Shown piece after piece: positions 45,499-58,213 of a DNA stretch of 64,000 bases (position 1 is its first letter; each line of letters opens with the position of its first letter). Below the pieces are notes generated by a model, which saw only the letters and a program-made list of their open reading frames with translations, searched no databases and was not told where the DNA came from. The position numbers and the translations under genes are program-made. Source of the DNA: Smithella sp. (lineage in GTDB: Bacteria; Desulfobacterota; Syntrophia; Syntrophales; Smithellaceae); contig JAAYKU010000256.1 of assembly GCA_012522275.1 (NCBI GenBank), positions 2,639 to 66,638 of the forward strand. The letters are read 5' to 3'.

Positions 45499-46908
45499 TC
45501 AGTCGTCGGCCTCCCCGTCTTTGACCCCATATTCATTCAATTTATTACGCATGGTGCGCACGCTGATGCCTAAAATCCGGGAGGCTTTTGTTTTATTCCA
45601 GTTGACTTTATCGAGGGTGCTGAAAATCATTCTCTTTTCCATTTCCTGAAGTGTATTTTCACCATCCACGTCAATTTCCTGGCGCAGTTGTGGAAACTGT
45701 CGTTCGTCGGCTTTATGCGCCGGCCCCTGCCCTTTTATAGCATCCATCAGCAGGTCGGAAGGCTCGATCTGTCCGTTTTTACAAATCAGCACCGCCCTTT
45801 CGATGATATTTTCGAGCTCGCGGACATTTCCCGGCCAGTTATGAGCGTGGAGCACGGCCTTTGCCTGCCGGCTGAGCGCCGGCGCCTCTTTTTCGTTCAC
45901 CTCGCTGTATTTTCTTATGAAATGATCAGCCAGGAGAAAAATATCTTCGCCTCTTTCGCGCAGGGGCGGAACTTTGACCGGTATGACGTTGAGACGGTAG
46001 TAAAGATCGCTGCGGAAAGTTTTCTGCTCGATGCGCTCGAGCAGATTTGCGTTGGTGGTCGCGATAATGCGGACATCGACGGGAACAGGCATTTTACCGC
46101 CCAGACGGTCCACTTCGGACTCCTGGATTACACGCAGGAGCTTGGCCTGCAGTTGGATATCCATCTCCGATATTTCATCGAGCAGAAGCGTACCTCCGTC
46201 GGCAAGCTCAAACTTGCCTGTTTTTTTGACGGCCGCGCCGGTGAATGCTCCCTTTTCATAGCCGAACATTTCACTTTCCAGAAGCGAAGCGGGAATTGCC
46301 GCACAGTTGACCGCAACAAAGGGCATCCGGCTGCGGCCACTGTGACGGTACACAAAACGGGCGAATAATTCTTTCCCCGTGCCGCTGTCTCCCTCGATAA
46401 GGACGCTTGATTTGCTGCCCGCCACGGTTTTCAGCATTTCAAGCAGGTCGATTATTTTCTGATCCTGCGTGATGATTTCACGCCCGGGATAGGCTTCTTC
46501 TTCACTATCGGTATGCCTGTCGTCCGATTTGGGCCGGGCACCGGCGGCCAGTACGTTTTTGACGGCAAATTCCAGGTCATCGAGCGAAAAGGGTTTCATG
46601 ATGAATTCGGAAGCGCCTTCTTTCATCGCCTCCACCGCCGTGCTGACCGTGCCGTAGGCGGTGATCAGAATGACGGGCGTTTCAGGAGAGATCCGCTTGA
46701 CGCCTTTCAAAACGTCCATGCCACTCATCTTCGGCATGCGCATGTCCGTGACCACCCCGGCGAAGCGGCCGTTTTTGAATCTGGCCAGCGCGTCGGCCCC
46801 GTTTTCCGCCATTTCCACCTCATAGCCGCAACCGGTCAGTGACTCATAAAGAGCCATGCGCATGGAGGAATCGTCATCGACGATGAGCAGTCTTTCCACA
46901 TCCGGCAT
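45499..46908 (-). CDS. Sigma-54-dependent response regulator (REC-AAA+-HTH), FlrC/FleR/FlgR-like
   Basis: REC domain with the phospho-acceptor context VVTDMRMPKMSG, Walker A GDSGTGKE, the sigma-54 contact loop GAFTGA and a C-terminal Fis-type HTH. It lies directly upstream of flgB. Confidence 0.85.
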   Translation of the reverse strand: MPDVERLLIVDDDSSMRMALYESLTGCGYEVEMAENGADALARFKNGRFAGVVTDMRMPKMSGMDVLKGVKRISPETPVILITAYGTVSTAVEAMKEGASEFIMKPFSLDDLEFAVKNVLAAGARPKSDDRHTDSEEEAYPGREIITQDQKIIDLLEMLKTVAGSKSSVLIEGDSGTGKELFARFVYRHSGRSRMPFVAVNCAAIPASLLESEMFGYEKGAFTGAAVKKTGKFELADGGTLLLDEISEMDIQLQAKLLRVIQESEVDRLGGKMPVPVDVRIIATTNANLLERIEQKTFRSDLYYRLNVIPVKVPPLRERGEDIFLLADHFIRKYSEVNEKEAPALSRQAKAVLHAHNWPGNVRELENIIERAVLICKNGQIEPSDLLMDAIKGQGPAHKADERQFPQLRQEIDVDGENTLQEMEKRMIFSTLDKVNWNKTKASRILGISVRTMRNKLNEYGVKDGEADD

Positions 46909-46923
46909 TTAAGATGATCTCCT

Positions 46924-48162
46924 TTAAAGTTGAGCGTCCTGCACGACAGGCAGACTGATGCTGACCACCATGCCTCCTTGAGGTGCATTGTCCACCGTGA
47001 TCAGGCCGTTGTGCTCGCTGACGATGTTGTGGACAATGGCCAGCCCCAGACCGGAGCCGTTTTCTTTCGTGCTGAAGAAGGGGTCGAAAATTCTGGACCT
47101 GTCCGCCGCCGGGATGCCCGGTCCCGCATCCTGGAAAATTATTTCCGCCATCCGTACCCGGGGCTCGAGGGGACTTTCCGGCGCGAGACGGGTCATGATG
47201 CTAATCTCGCCTCCTTCCGGCATGGCCTGTTGCGCATTGAGAATGACATTGAGAAATATCTGCTTGATCATCTCCGCATCGGCCATGATCAAAATATCGC
47301 TTGTGTCCATATAAACGGAAATTTCGATCCCCGCCTGCTCGATAATCTGCTCGGAAAACTCGATGACCTCCGTGAGCACCTGATGGAGCCCGATGACTTT
47401 CATCTGAGGCAGGGGCCTGCGTGTAAATAAAAGCAGGTTGGAAATTTTATTGTCCACATTTTTCACGGATGAAATAATCCGGCCGGCCCGTTCTCGGTTC
47501 TTGTCATCAGCAAGATTTTTTAAAAGCAGCGAAGCATAAAGCTCGATGCTGCCCAGAGGATTGCGCACCTCGTGGGCGATGTTGGCCGCCATCTCTCCCA
47601 TCGCTGCGAATTTTTCCGTGCGTTTGGCCATCTCTTCGAGCTTTTCAATCTGTGTGACGTCGCGAATGACCAGAACATGGCCGATCAGCTCCGCGGCCGG
47701 TGATTTGAAGGGCGAACAGAACACCTCGAGCGTGCGTCCGGCGGTCTTTACCTTGCTTCCCGCCTCCGCACCGAAACATTGCGCCGGATCCGCCCCGATC
47801 CCGCCCCCGGCCGCCGGGGATTCGAACAAGACACTGAAGTGTCTGCCGGCCGCCTGTGCCTGCCGGATGCCGGTGAGGGTTTCCGCACAGGTATTGAGGG
47901 TCTGGATTTTCCCTTCAATATCGGTAACAATCACGCCGTTGATCAGGCTTTCGAGAATATTGTGCAGGTAATTTCTGGTGCGCTCTTTTTCTTCAACACT
48001 TGCCGAAAGCTCCTCGTTTTTGCTTTCCAGCTCGCGATTCAAAAGGGCGAAGCGCTCTTCGAGCCTCGCATAGGCGCGCTGCAGCTCGGTGGTGGCCTTG
48101 TTGAAGCTTTCCAAAGACTCTACGAGCTGTGCTAAATCCTGCATGTTTTTTTTCGTATTCAT
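46924..48162 (-). CDS. Cytoplasmic PAS histidine kinase, FlrB/FleS/FlgS-like
   Basis: No TM segments. It has a coiled coil, a PAS-like segment, the H-box AHEVRNPLGSI and a complete N/G1/G2 HATPase (FQDAGPGIP...GSGLGLAIV). The ATG at 48162 lies 1 nt after the upstream stop. Confidence 0.85.
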   Translation of the reverse strand: MNTKKNMQDLAQLVESLESFNKATTELQRAYARLEERFALLNRELESKNEELSASVEEKERTRNYLHNILESLINGVIVTDIEGKIQTLNTCAETLTGIRQAQAAGRHFSVLFESPAAGGGIGADPAQCFGAEAGSKVKTAGRTLEVFCSPFKSPAAELIGHVLVIRDVTQIEKLEEMAKRTEKFAAMGEMAANIAHEVRNPLGSIELYASLLLKNLADDKNRERAGRIISSVKNVDNKISNLLLFTRRPLPQMKVIGLHQVLTEVIEFSEQIIEQAGIEISVYMDTSDILIMADAEMIKQIFLNVILNAQQAMPEGGEISIMTRLAPESPLEPRVRMAEIIFQDAGPGIPAADRSRIFDPFFSTKENGSGLGLAIVHNIVSEHNGLITVDNAPQGGMVVSISLPVVQDAQL

Positions 48163-48163
48163 T

Positions 48164-50893
48164 TCAGGGCTTGACCATGTCGCCATATGTGTTCCACCAC
48201 TTGAAATCGGAGATGTAAAAATCTACCAGATTCGACCAGAATCCCTCCGTACCCGCATCCGCTTTCACCTGGGCGAAGACACCCTCGGCCTGCTCATCCC
48301 TGTTCATCTTCAGATAAACTATGCCGGTGAGGAACTGGGGCCAGATTTTCAACTCCGTTTTTGTGTCTATCGCGGCCTGCGCCTTTTTATACATCTCCAG
48401 GCTGACCGGCAGATTGTTTTTCCCGAGGTATAAATCGCCTATCTGCCCATAGGCCTGTGCCGCCATCACCTGAGCGGGCTTTTCCGGCTTGAGATGCCTT
48501 ACCGCCGTCAGATATTTCTGCAGCGCCTGGTCGCTTTTCTTCTGTTCGCTCAGTGACTGCGCATAGTTCATGTAGCTTTCGCCCGGATTGGGCAGATCAT
48601 GGCCTGAACGCAAAGCCGCGTCATAATTGACGACGGCCTGATCATAGAGCTTGCGCCTGTAGGCAATCTCCGCCAGGTTTTTATGAACGGCCGCCAAAAG
48701 AGGTCCTTTTCGCACAGACGTTTTTGCCGCCAGCGAGTTGAGTATCTGTGCAGCATCATCATATCTGTTGTGGATGAGCAGCCCCTCCGCGACAGACAGT
48801 GTGGTCTTGTCGATCAGCGCCTCGTTTTCGGCTACCTTCAGATACCGGTTGAGGATATTCAAATAATCGCTCATCAGCCCGAGCTCCCTGAGACTGACGG
48901 CTATTTTATTGACCTGGTCGTATTCGCCGGCCTGAAGCTCCACCGCTCCATAGGACTTGAAATAAACATATGCGACCGCCAGATAATCTCCCTGGGCAAA
49001 GTAATCTTCGATCAACTGGGCCGAGGCGGTTTTCAGCCCCCTGGCTGCCTGAGCGACCATTTCACTTTCCGGATGCAAACTAAGAAACTCGAGATATACA
49101 TCGGCTGCCTTCCTCAATTCGTCTTTTTTCACCAGCGCCGACGCCTTTCCGAGCATGGCCAGTTGGGCCGTTTCATCATTGGCGTATTTCATAATGAGTG
49201 TGTCATATGTATCCATCGGATCACGGTAGTATTCGATATTGTTCAAAAAGCGAACCACTTTTAGTCCGGGACGCTCAACTCCGATGTCTGCCATGGCCAG
49301 CATGCTTTTTTTCGCCTCATCTGTTTGCGGGTATTTGTCTATGATGTGGTTGTAAACGGCCAGTGAGGCCCGGTGCCGGCCTGCATCGCGGTATGCACCT
49401 GCCAGCCGTACTAAAATCTCACCTATCTTTTTATCATCGGGATACAGATTCGCATAGCTGGAAAGGGCTTCGGCCGCCTCATCGAAGCGCCGCAACGATC
49501 TTTTGTGCTCAACGTAATCCAGCATGATTTCCTCAGGGACATCCGTCCAGTCCGGCCATTTGGCCCGTGCGTCGCGAAACCAGACCTCCGCATTGGCTGA
49601 CTGCCTGGATTTATAAAATGAATGGGCAATGAGATAAAATGATTTTTTTCCGTTTACTCTGCCGCGGTATTTCATCAGATATTTGATGAACCCTTCGGCC
49701 GCTTTCTTATATTTGCCGTCAAGATAATACATCTGACCGATTTTGTAGTATGCCTCGGGAGTATAAGGTCCCTCCGGATATTTTGAGACCAGCATCCGGT
49801 ACTGAGTCACGGCTTCCGGGTAATACCGGAGATGTTCATAGGTTTTGGCCAGGCGGTAATAAGTCAGATTGTTTTCTTTGTAACGCTCGGGAAAACTCTG
49901 GAGAGTGTTTTTATAAAACTCGGCCGCGATGAGCAGATTCTGCTTCTGTCCGGCAAGTCCCAGATGGTAGTGACAGTCGGCCATATGCCGCAGCGCCCTT
50001 TGCCCCCATACTTTTTCCGTGTCGTCGCGGCTGATGAATTCCTTGAAAGTGACCAGTGCCTGCTCATATTTTTTTTCTTTAAGCAGTGCGACAGCCCTGT
50101 TGTAGATTTCCGAATCCGAGGGCGGCTCCGTCACCAGCGTATCTTCAGGCGCGGTGAATTCTTCCGTATCCGCAAGCTCCACATCAAAGGATGCGGGTGG
50201 ATTGGGCATCAGTTTTTCGTCGCCCATGATAAGCGCCTTGAAAGCTTCCCTGCTTTTTTCCTTCTCCTTATCAGATACAGAAGGAGGGTTTCGCGGGGGT
50301 TTTTCAGATTTTTTGGGAGGTTCTTTTTTAGCCGTCGTCCGCGCCTGTACCTCCGCGATGGCAAAACCCTGTTCCACCGCTTCGTGTTCTGTTAAAAAGG
50401 CGACTCTGTCCGTCTTTTTAACCTTATCATATCCGCTCATCCCCGGCATATAGTAGAGCTTCGATGACTTGTCTCCGACAATCGCGACCGTCGACCAGGG
50501 TGAGTCCACCTCTTCTTTAGTTTTTTTCTGCGTGCGCGCACCGGCGGGCAATGGTTGTGTCTCATCGAGATGACGCACAAAAACAGCGTCGATCTCGTGT
50601 TTGTTCTTCATGATCTCGCCTGCCGCGAAAGCTTCCTCTCTGGTTTCATATTTCCCCGCATATACCCTGTACCATTTCCCCTTTGAGGGAACATCGGTCA
50701 GACGTACAAACCCGTCATACCCACGCGAGCGCAGTTTTTCGAGCCCGGCTTGCGCTTCAGATTGAGTTTTGTAAGAGGCGTAATGAATTGAGTAAATTTT
50801 CGTGGCAGCCTGTGCATGCCAGCAGCACGTCATAATCAGCGGCAGCACAATAAGGCAAACACGCATGCTGATTGTTTTGTCGAACAAATTCAT
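48164..50893 (-). CDS. Exported SPOR-domain plus TPR-repeat protein (~909 aa)
   Basis: Signal peptide (MRVCLIVLPLIMTCCWHAQA) and a SPOR-like domain (IHYASYKTQSEAQAGLEKLRSRGYDGFVRLTD...WYRVYAGKYETREEA). About 600 aa of TPR-like repeats follow. The start is set at ATG 50893, downstream of the sigma-54 promoter; the ORF-track start is 50926. Confidence 0.65.
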   Translation of the reverse strand: MNLFDKTISMRVCLIVLPLIMTCCWHAQAATKIYSIHYASYKTQSEAQAGLEKLRSRGYDGFVRLTDVPSKGKWYRVYAGKYETREEAFAAGEIMKNKHEIDAVFVRHLDETQPLPAGARTQKKTKEEVDSPWSTVAIVGDKSSKLYYMPGMSGYDKVKKTDRVAFLTEHEAVEQGFAIAEVQARTTAKKEPPKKSEKPPRNPPSVSDKEKEKSREAFKALIMGDEKLMPNPPASFDVELADTEEFTAPEDTLVTEPPSDSEIYNRAVALLKEKKYEQALVTFKEFISRDDTEKVWGQRALRHMADCHYHLGLAGQKQNLLIAAEFYKNTLQSFPERYKENNLTYYRLAKTYEHLRYYPEAVTQYRMLVSKYPEGPYTPEAYYKIGQMYYLDGKYKKAAEGFIKYLMKYRGRVNGKKSFYLIAHSFYKSRQSANAEVWFRDARAKWPDWTDVPEEIMLDYVEHKRSLRRFDEAAEALSSYANLYPDDKKIGEILVRLAGAYRDAGRHRASLAVYNHIIDKYPQTDEAKKSMLAMADIGVERPGLKVVRFLNNIEYYRDPMDTYDTLIMKYANDETAQLAMLGKASALVKKDELRKAADVYLEFLSLHPESEMVAQAARGLKTASAQLIEDYFAQGDYLAVAYVYFKSYGAVELQAGEYDQVNKIAVSLRELGLMSDYLNILNRYLKVAENEALIDKTTLSVAEGLLIHNRYDDAAQILNSLAAKTSVRKGPLLAAVHKNLAEIAYRRKLYDQAVVNYDAALRSGHDLPNPGESYMNYAQSLSEQKKSDQALQKYLTAVRHLKPEKPAQVMAAQAYGQIGDLYLGKNNLPVSLEMYKKAQAAIDTKTELKIWPQFLTGIVYLKMNRDEQAEGVFAQVKADAGTEGFWSNLVDFYISDFKWWNTYGDMVKP

Positions 50894-50928
50894 TTTTTTC
50901 ACCAGCCGGACCATTCCGTCTTCCAAAT

Positions 50929-50944
50929 AGCAAATTGCATACCA
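50929..50944 (-). promoter_or_regulatory. Sigma-54 promoter of the SPOR/TPR-kinase-regulator unit
   Basis: The minus-strand reading is TGGTAT-GCAAT-TTGCT. Confidence 0.7.
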
Positions 50945-51039
50945 TTTGATTTTCCCGGTATTTCCTGCGGCAAATGCGCCCTGATGTGACTTGCGTCATA
51001 CTGTTGCCGTGCTTTTTCTGTCAAAGCGTCATCTTTTTT

Positions 51040-51053
51040 GTCAAGATATTGAC
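51040..51053. promoter_or_regulatory. GTCA-N6-TGAC palindrome between two divergent sigma-54 promoters
   Basis: GTCAAGATATTGAC lies 96 nt from the -24 element of the 50929-50944 promoter and 83 nt from that of the 51136-51151 promoter. Confidence 0.45.
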
Positions 51054-51135
51054 GATTCGGTCGATTTATCTTTTTGAGGACGCAGACAAGGGGCATGGAA
51101 CCCATGCCGGCAGCGTTTTTGGTTTATGCCGGCCA

Positions 51136-51151
51136 TGGCATCTACCTTGCA
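51136..51151 (+). promoter_or_regulatory. Sigma-54 promoter of pilZ-motA-motB
   Basis: The plus-strand reading is TGGCAT-CTACC-TTGCA. It lies inside the ORF-track N-terminal extension of the PilZ ORF. Confidence 0.75.
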
Positions 51152-51185
51152 TTACTTTGCTGGAAATATTTTATGGAAACCGCTG

Positions 51186-51725
51186 ATGACAACTATAATG
51201 ACTGAAGAGACCGAAAACAAAAGAGAGTATTCGCGCGTAGATACCTGCATTCCCCTTGAATACAACCTTGTCCGGTATGAGCATAAAGAAACAATGCGCG
51301 CTCGTGTCGCCGGGCAGTCGGTACTGGCGGAATTCAAGAATCTGCCCAATCCTGACGATCAGCTTATCGCGCAGTGGCTTCAAAGTATCAATACGAAATT
51401 GAATGAGATTATCCGCCTGATGACGCTGCACCATGACGGGTTTAACTGTCTGAACATGGCCAAAGTCAATATCAGCGGAGGAGGCATGAGCCTCAACACT
51501 GGAAAATCATTCGTGGTGGGTGACATTCTGGAAATCAAGGTCATGCTCGGCATTCAGATGCCTGTCGCACTTTTTTTATACGGTGAGGTCATCGATACGG
51601 GCATCTTTCATTCTGAATATGACACATCCGTCGAATTCATCAACATGGACGATTTTATCAGAGATGAAATTATCCGCTTCGTTTTTGAGACGGAAAGAGA
51701 AATCCTGAGGGAAAAAAGGAGGTAG
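51186..51725 (+). CDS. PilZ-domain protein (candidate c-di-GMP receptor) co-transcribed with motAB
   Basis: RxxxR motif (KREYSRV) and [DN]xSxxG motif (NISGGG), separated by an unusually long ~78-aa insert. A C-terminal beta-rich PilZ-like segment follows. The start at 51186 or 51198 lies downstream of the promoter. Confidence 0.7.
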   Translation: MTTIMTEETENKREYSRVDTCIPLEYNLVRYEHKETMRARVAGQSVLAEFKNLPNPDDQLIAQWLQSINTKLNEIIRLMTLHHDGFNCLNMAKVNISGGGMSLNTGKSFVVGDILEIKVMLGIQMPVALFLYGEVIDTGIFHSEYDTSVEFINMDDFIRDEIIRFVFETEREILREKRR

Positions 51726-51737
51726 GCTCCGCGCGTC

Positions 51738-52598
51738 ATGATTGTTATTATCGGCTTTGTCATCGTCAGCGCCGCCGTGATCGGCGGGTATCTCCTGGAA
51801 GGCGGCAATCTGTCCGTCATCTTTCAGCCTGTGGAGATCCTCATTATCGGCGGGGCGGCCCTCGGCGGATTCATTATTGCCTCCCCCATGAAGGTTATCA
51901 AGGCCACCGGCAGCTCCATTGCGCGCATCTTCACCAACAAGCCTTACACCAAACAGGATTACATGGAAGCGCTGATCATGATCAACGGTATATTTTATAA
52001 AATCCGGCAGCAGGGGCTGGTTTCCATCGAATCAGATGTTGATGCGCCCGAACAAAGTCCCCTGTTTTCAAAATTCCCCAATATACTGAAAAACCATGCG
52101 GCCATCACGCTCATCACCGATACATTACGCACCGTGATGACCACAACAATCGCTCCTCATGAACTGGAAGCCCTCATCGATCAGGAGCTCGAAGCACTCC
52201 ATGACGAAGCTGTAGCGCCCGCCCACAGCGTAAACACGGTTGCGGACGCTCTGCCGGGACTGGGTATTGTCGCGGCGGTTATGGGTGTTGTGCTGACGAT
52301 GGGCAAAATAAAGGAGCCGCCGGAAGTTCTCGGCGCCAGCATCGGCGCGGCGCTTGTCGGGACTTTTACCGGCGTTTTGCTGTGCTATGGTTATGTGGGA
52401 CCGATGGGTAAAAATATGGAGTTCATCGCCAACGAGGACCAGAAATTTCTCAATGTGATTAAAGTGGCGCTGCTGGCCTTCATCGGCGGCGGGGCCGCCC
52501 CTAAAGTGGCTGTTGAATTTGGAAGGCGCGTCGTGCCGGTGGAGGCCAAACCTACTTTCCTGGAAATGGAAGATGCTCTCAGGACGGCCAAAAGGTAG
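51738..52598 (+). CDS. motA: Flagellar stator protein MotA
   Basis: 286 aa, four TM segments, conserved C-terminal TM3/4 region (LPGLGIVAAVMGVVLTMG...ALVGTFTGVLLCYG). Confidence 0.9.
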   Translation: MIVIIGFVIVSAAVIGGYLLEGGNLSVIFQPVEILIIGGAALGGFIIASPMKVIKATGSSIARIFTNKPYTKQDYMEALIMINGIFYKIRQQGLVSIESDVDAPEQSPLFSKFPNILKNHAAITLITDTLRTVMTTTIAPHELEALIDQELEALHDEAVAPAHSVNTVADALPGLGIVAAVMGVVLTMGKIKEPPEVLGASIGAALVGTFTGVLLCYGYVGPMGKNMEFIANEDQKFLNVIKVALLAFIGGGAAPKVAVEFGRRVVPVEAKPTFLEMEDALRTAKR

Positions 52599-52635
52599 CG
52601 CTGCTGATTGTGCTGCATGAGGAATATTTTGAATT

Positions 52636-53466
52636 ATGGAAGAACGACACCAGCAGATCATCATTAAAAAGGTAAAAAAGAAGAGCTCCGGCGGTGCTCA
52701 CGGAGGCTCCTGGAAGGTGGCCTACGCGGATTTTGTCACCGCCATGATGGCTTTTTTTCTCTTGCTGTGGCTTTTGAGCATGGTCTCTGAGGAGAAAAGG
52801 GCCGCCTTATCCGAGTATTTTCGCCATTACAGTATCTTTCAGGAAACAGGATCATCCGCCATCACTTCAAAAGATGCGCGGACAACCGACCCTCATTTTC
52901 TGAGCGAAACGGGCACACCGACGATGAAAACGCCGGCGGGCAGTATGCGTGGCAAAGGCTACATTGAATACGGAGCAAAAAAACCCAAAAAAAATATAAC
53001 GGTCGAGGACGAAGAGCCGGTGAAAAAAATTCTGGCGGCTATCGACGACAAAATGGCGGGCGTGCGTGATCAGGTGCTCGTTGACGTCATCGAAGACGGC
53101 ATACGTATACAGGTCATCGATACGGAAGGCTTCATGATGTTTCCATCCGGCTCGTCTGTTCCGACACAAAAAGCTAGAGAAGTGCTAAAGCTAGTGGCTG
53201 ATAACATTAAAGATATTCCGGGAAAGATCGTTGTGGAGGGGCATACCGACTCCGCCCCGTTCAAAAAAGAGCAAATCACCAACTGGGAGCTTTCCACGGA
53301 TCGCGCTTCCGCCGCGCGCCGCCTACTGGAAGAATTCGGTACGGATCCGGCACGAATCGGCCGTGTCGTGGGCTACGCGGACCAGGAGCCTCTGCTCCCG
53401 CTTGACCCCTTTGACCATCGCAACCGCCGAATCAGTATTATCGTGCTGCAAACAAAGGACATCTGA
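52636..53466 (+). CDS. motB: Flagellar stator protein MotB (OmpA-like C-terminus)
   Basis: The N-terminal plug/TM region has the conserved Asp (WKVAYADFVTAMMAFFLLLWLL). The C-terminal OmpA-like domain is VVEGHTDSAPF...NWELSTDRASAARRLL. Confidence 0.9.
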   Translation: MEERHQQIIIKKVKKKSSGGAHGGSWKVAYADFVTAMMAFFLLLWLLSMVSEEKRAALSEYFRHYSIFQETGSSAITSKDARTTDPHFLSETGTPTMKTPAGSMRGKGYIEYGAKKPKKNITVEDEEPVKKILAAIDDKMAGVRDQVLVDVIEDGIRIQVIDTEGFMMFPSGSSVPTQKAREVLKLVADNIKDIPGKIVVEGHTDSAPFKKEQITNWELSTDRASAARRLLEEFGTDPARIGRVVGYADQEPLLPLDPFDHRNRRISIIVLQTKDI

Positions 53467-53509
53467 AACACGGCCGATTGCCCGCCGCCGTTTACAGTCC
53501 GTTATTGTT

Positions 53510-53971
53510 TTAATCGGCCAGGCAGACGTCAACAACAAACGAACCGTCATCGATCTCAAAAGGGATGATCAGGCTCGGCCCCCCCATGACATGCGCGATG
53601 GAATGGTTTTTGCCGGAAACAACTGTCGGTATGGCGGCCTGAATGTAAAATCCGTCCGCTTCCAGATTTTTTCTGGCAACACCCGAAATCATGTTGGTGA
53701 TCTCTCCGACAGCATCCTTGATGTCGCTGTCCATGCTTTTAATGTTTTCGCCCAGCATATTGGAAACAATTTTGATAATGGCAGGTTCGCTGAAGCTCAC
53801 GGCCAGCGATCCGGTTGCCGACCCGGTCAGGCCGATAATGCCGGAAATATCTCCTTTGGCCAGGCTGTCCATCTTTAAATATGGCTTTCCTGCCCGCGGC
53901 TCGACAAAGGCCATAGTTTTTAAGACACTGATCGTACCTTCCAGAAATGGATTGATAAATTTAACGTTCAT
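53510..53971 (-). CDS. cheX: CheX-family CheY-P phosphatase
   Basis: MNVKFINPFLEGTISVLKTMA...DISGIIGLTGSATGSLAVSF... is typical CheX. It lies downstream of cheY. Confidence 0.8.
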   Translation of the reverse strand: MNVKFINPFLEGTISVLKTMAFVEPRAGKPYLKMDSLAKGDISGIIGLTGSATGSLAVSFSEPAIIKIVSNMLGENIKSMDSDIKDAVGEITNMISGVARKNLEADGFYIQAAIPTVVSGKNHSIAHVMGGPSLIIPFEIDDGSFVVDVCLAD

Positions 53972-54008
53972 AATCCGCCTTTCAGGGTTATCCCTTTTAA
54001 TAATTATT

Positions 54009-54398
54009 TTATTTATTAATGCCTTCCATAATTTTTTTAATTTTTTCGTTTAACACTTCGGCTGTAAATGGCTTGACAATATAGTTATTGACGCCGGCTT
54101 TTACCGCCGCGACGACGTTATCCTGGAGGGCTTCGGCCGTGACCATCAGAAAAGGTGTCTTGGCCAAATCCGAATCGGCGCGCACCGCCTTGAGCAATTC
54201 CAGACCGGTCATGTTCGGCATGTTCCAGTCGGATACAATCACATCAATTTTCTGTGCCTTTAATGCCTTGAGAGCCATGACTCCGTCTTCCGCCTCCACA
54301 ATATCCTCATAGCCAACCTGTTTTAAAAGATTGCGGATGACTTTTCTCATCGTGGCAAAATCGTCTACAATCAGAACCTTGATGTTTTTCTCGTTCAT
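54009..54398 (-). CDS. cheY: Chemotaxis response regulator CheY
   Basis: 129-aa single REC domain: VLIVDDFATMRK...VIVSDWNMPNMTGLELLK...PFLMVTAEA...YIVKPF. Confidence 0.9.
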   Translation of the reverse strand: MNEKNIKVLIVDDFATMRKVIRNLLKQVGYEDIVEAEDGVMALKALKAQKIDVIVSDWNMPNMTGLELLKAVRADSDLAKTPFLMVTAEALQDNVVAAVKAGVNNYIVKPFTAEVLNEKIKKIMEGINK

Positions 54399-54449
54399 AA
54401 TACAAATCCTCGCCTTATTATTTTATTCTTCCCTGAAACAAAACCCATC

Positions 54450-57751
<3,302 letters not shown>

Positions 57752-58213
57752 TTACTTCCCTTCAGTGTAAAAACTCATGGATACGCCAAGAGACATACCG
57801 TCGGAATCGAACAGCAGATTCACATTTCCGGGGCTTTCCATGCCGAACCGGCCGGCTTTTTTCTCGTAAGCGGGAATCGACAGGTCAAACACCTTGCCGG
57901 CATCGAGCTTGTGGACGAAACTGCCGGCAATCATATTGAGCGCTTCCTTGGCGCAGTCCTCCCTGGTTTTATCCGTTATTTCATTTGTTTCCAGGCCCAG
58001 CATGTTTTCCACCATGGAGTTGGCAATTCCTGTCGACAGGTACGCCCGGAGGTTCCCTTTGACCGGTCCGGAAAACTCGATTGACGCGGCCAGGTCGTAT
58101 TTCATCTCCTCATCGCATGGTTCCAGAAAAACGAAAAACATTTTCTCGAACACGTCAAAAATCGAATTCATCAGCATCTCTTGTATCTTCTTCGTATTGC
58201 CCATCGCTTCCAA
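57752..58213 (-). CDS. Second CheX/CheC-like protein
   Basis: MLMNSIFDVFEKMFFVFLEP...AASIEFSGPVKGNLRAYLS has a CheX-like topology. The start is uncertain (58213, 58177 or 58171), and every option overlaps the upstream cheY-like gene. Confidence 0.6.
   Translation of the reverse strand: MEAMGNTKKIQEMLMNSIFDVFEKMFFVFLEPCDEEMKYDLAASIEFSGPVKGNLRAYLSTGIANSMVENMLGLETNEITDKTREDCAKEALNMIAGSFVHKLDAGKVFDLSIPAYEKKAGRFGMESPGNVNLLFDSDGMSLGVSMSFYTEGK

Noticed and set aside
53440-53480. Sigma-28-like -10 element GCCGATTG on the plus strand after motB
   Set aside because: The -35 is poor (4/8), and there is no plus-strand gene downstream; cheX converges on this spot.
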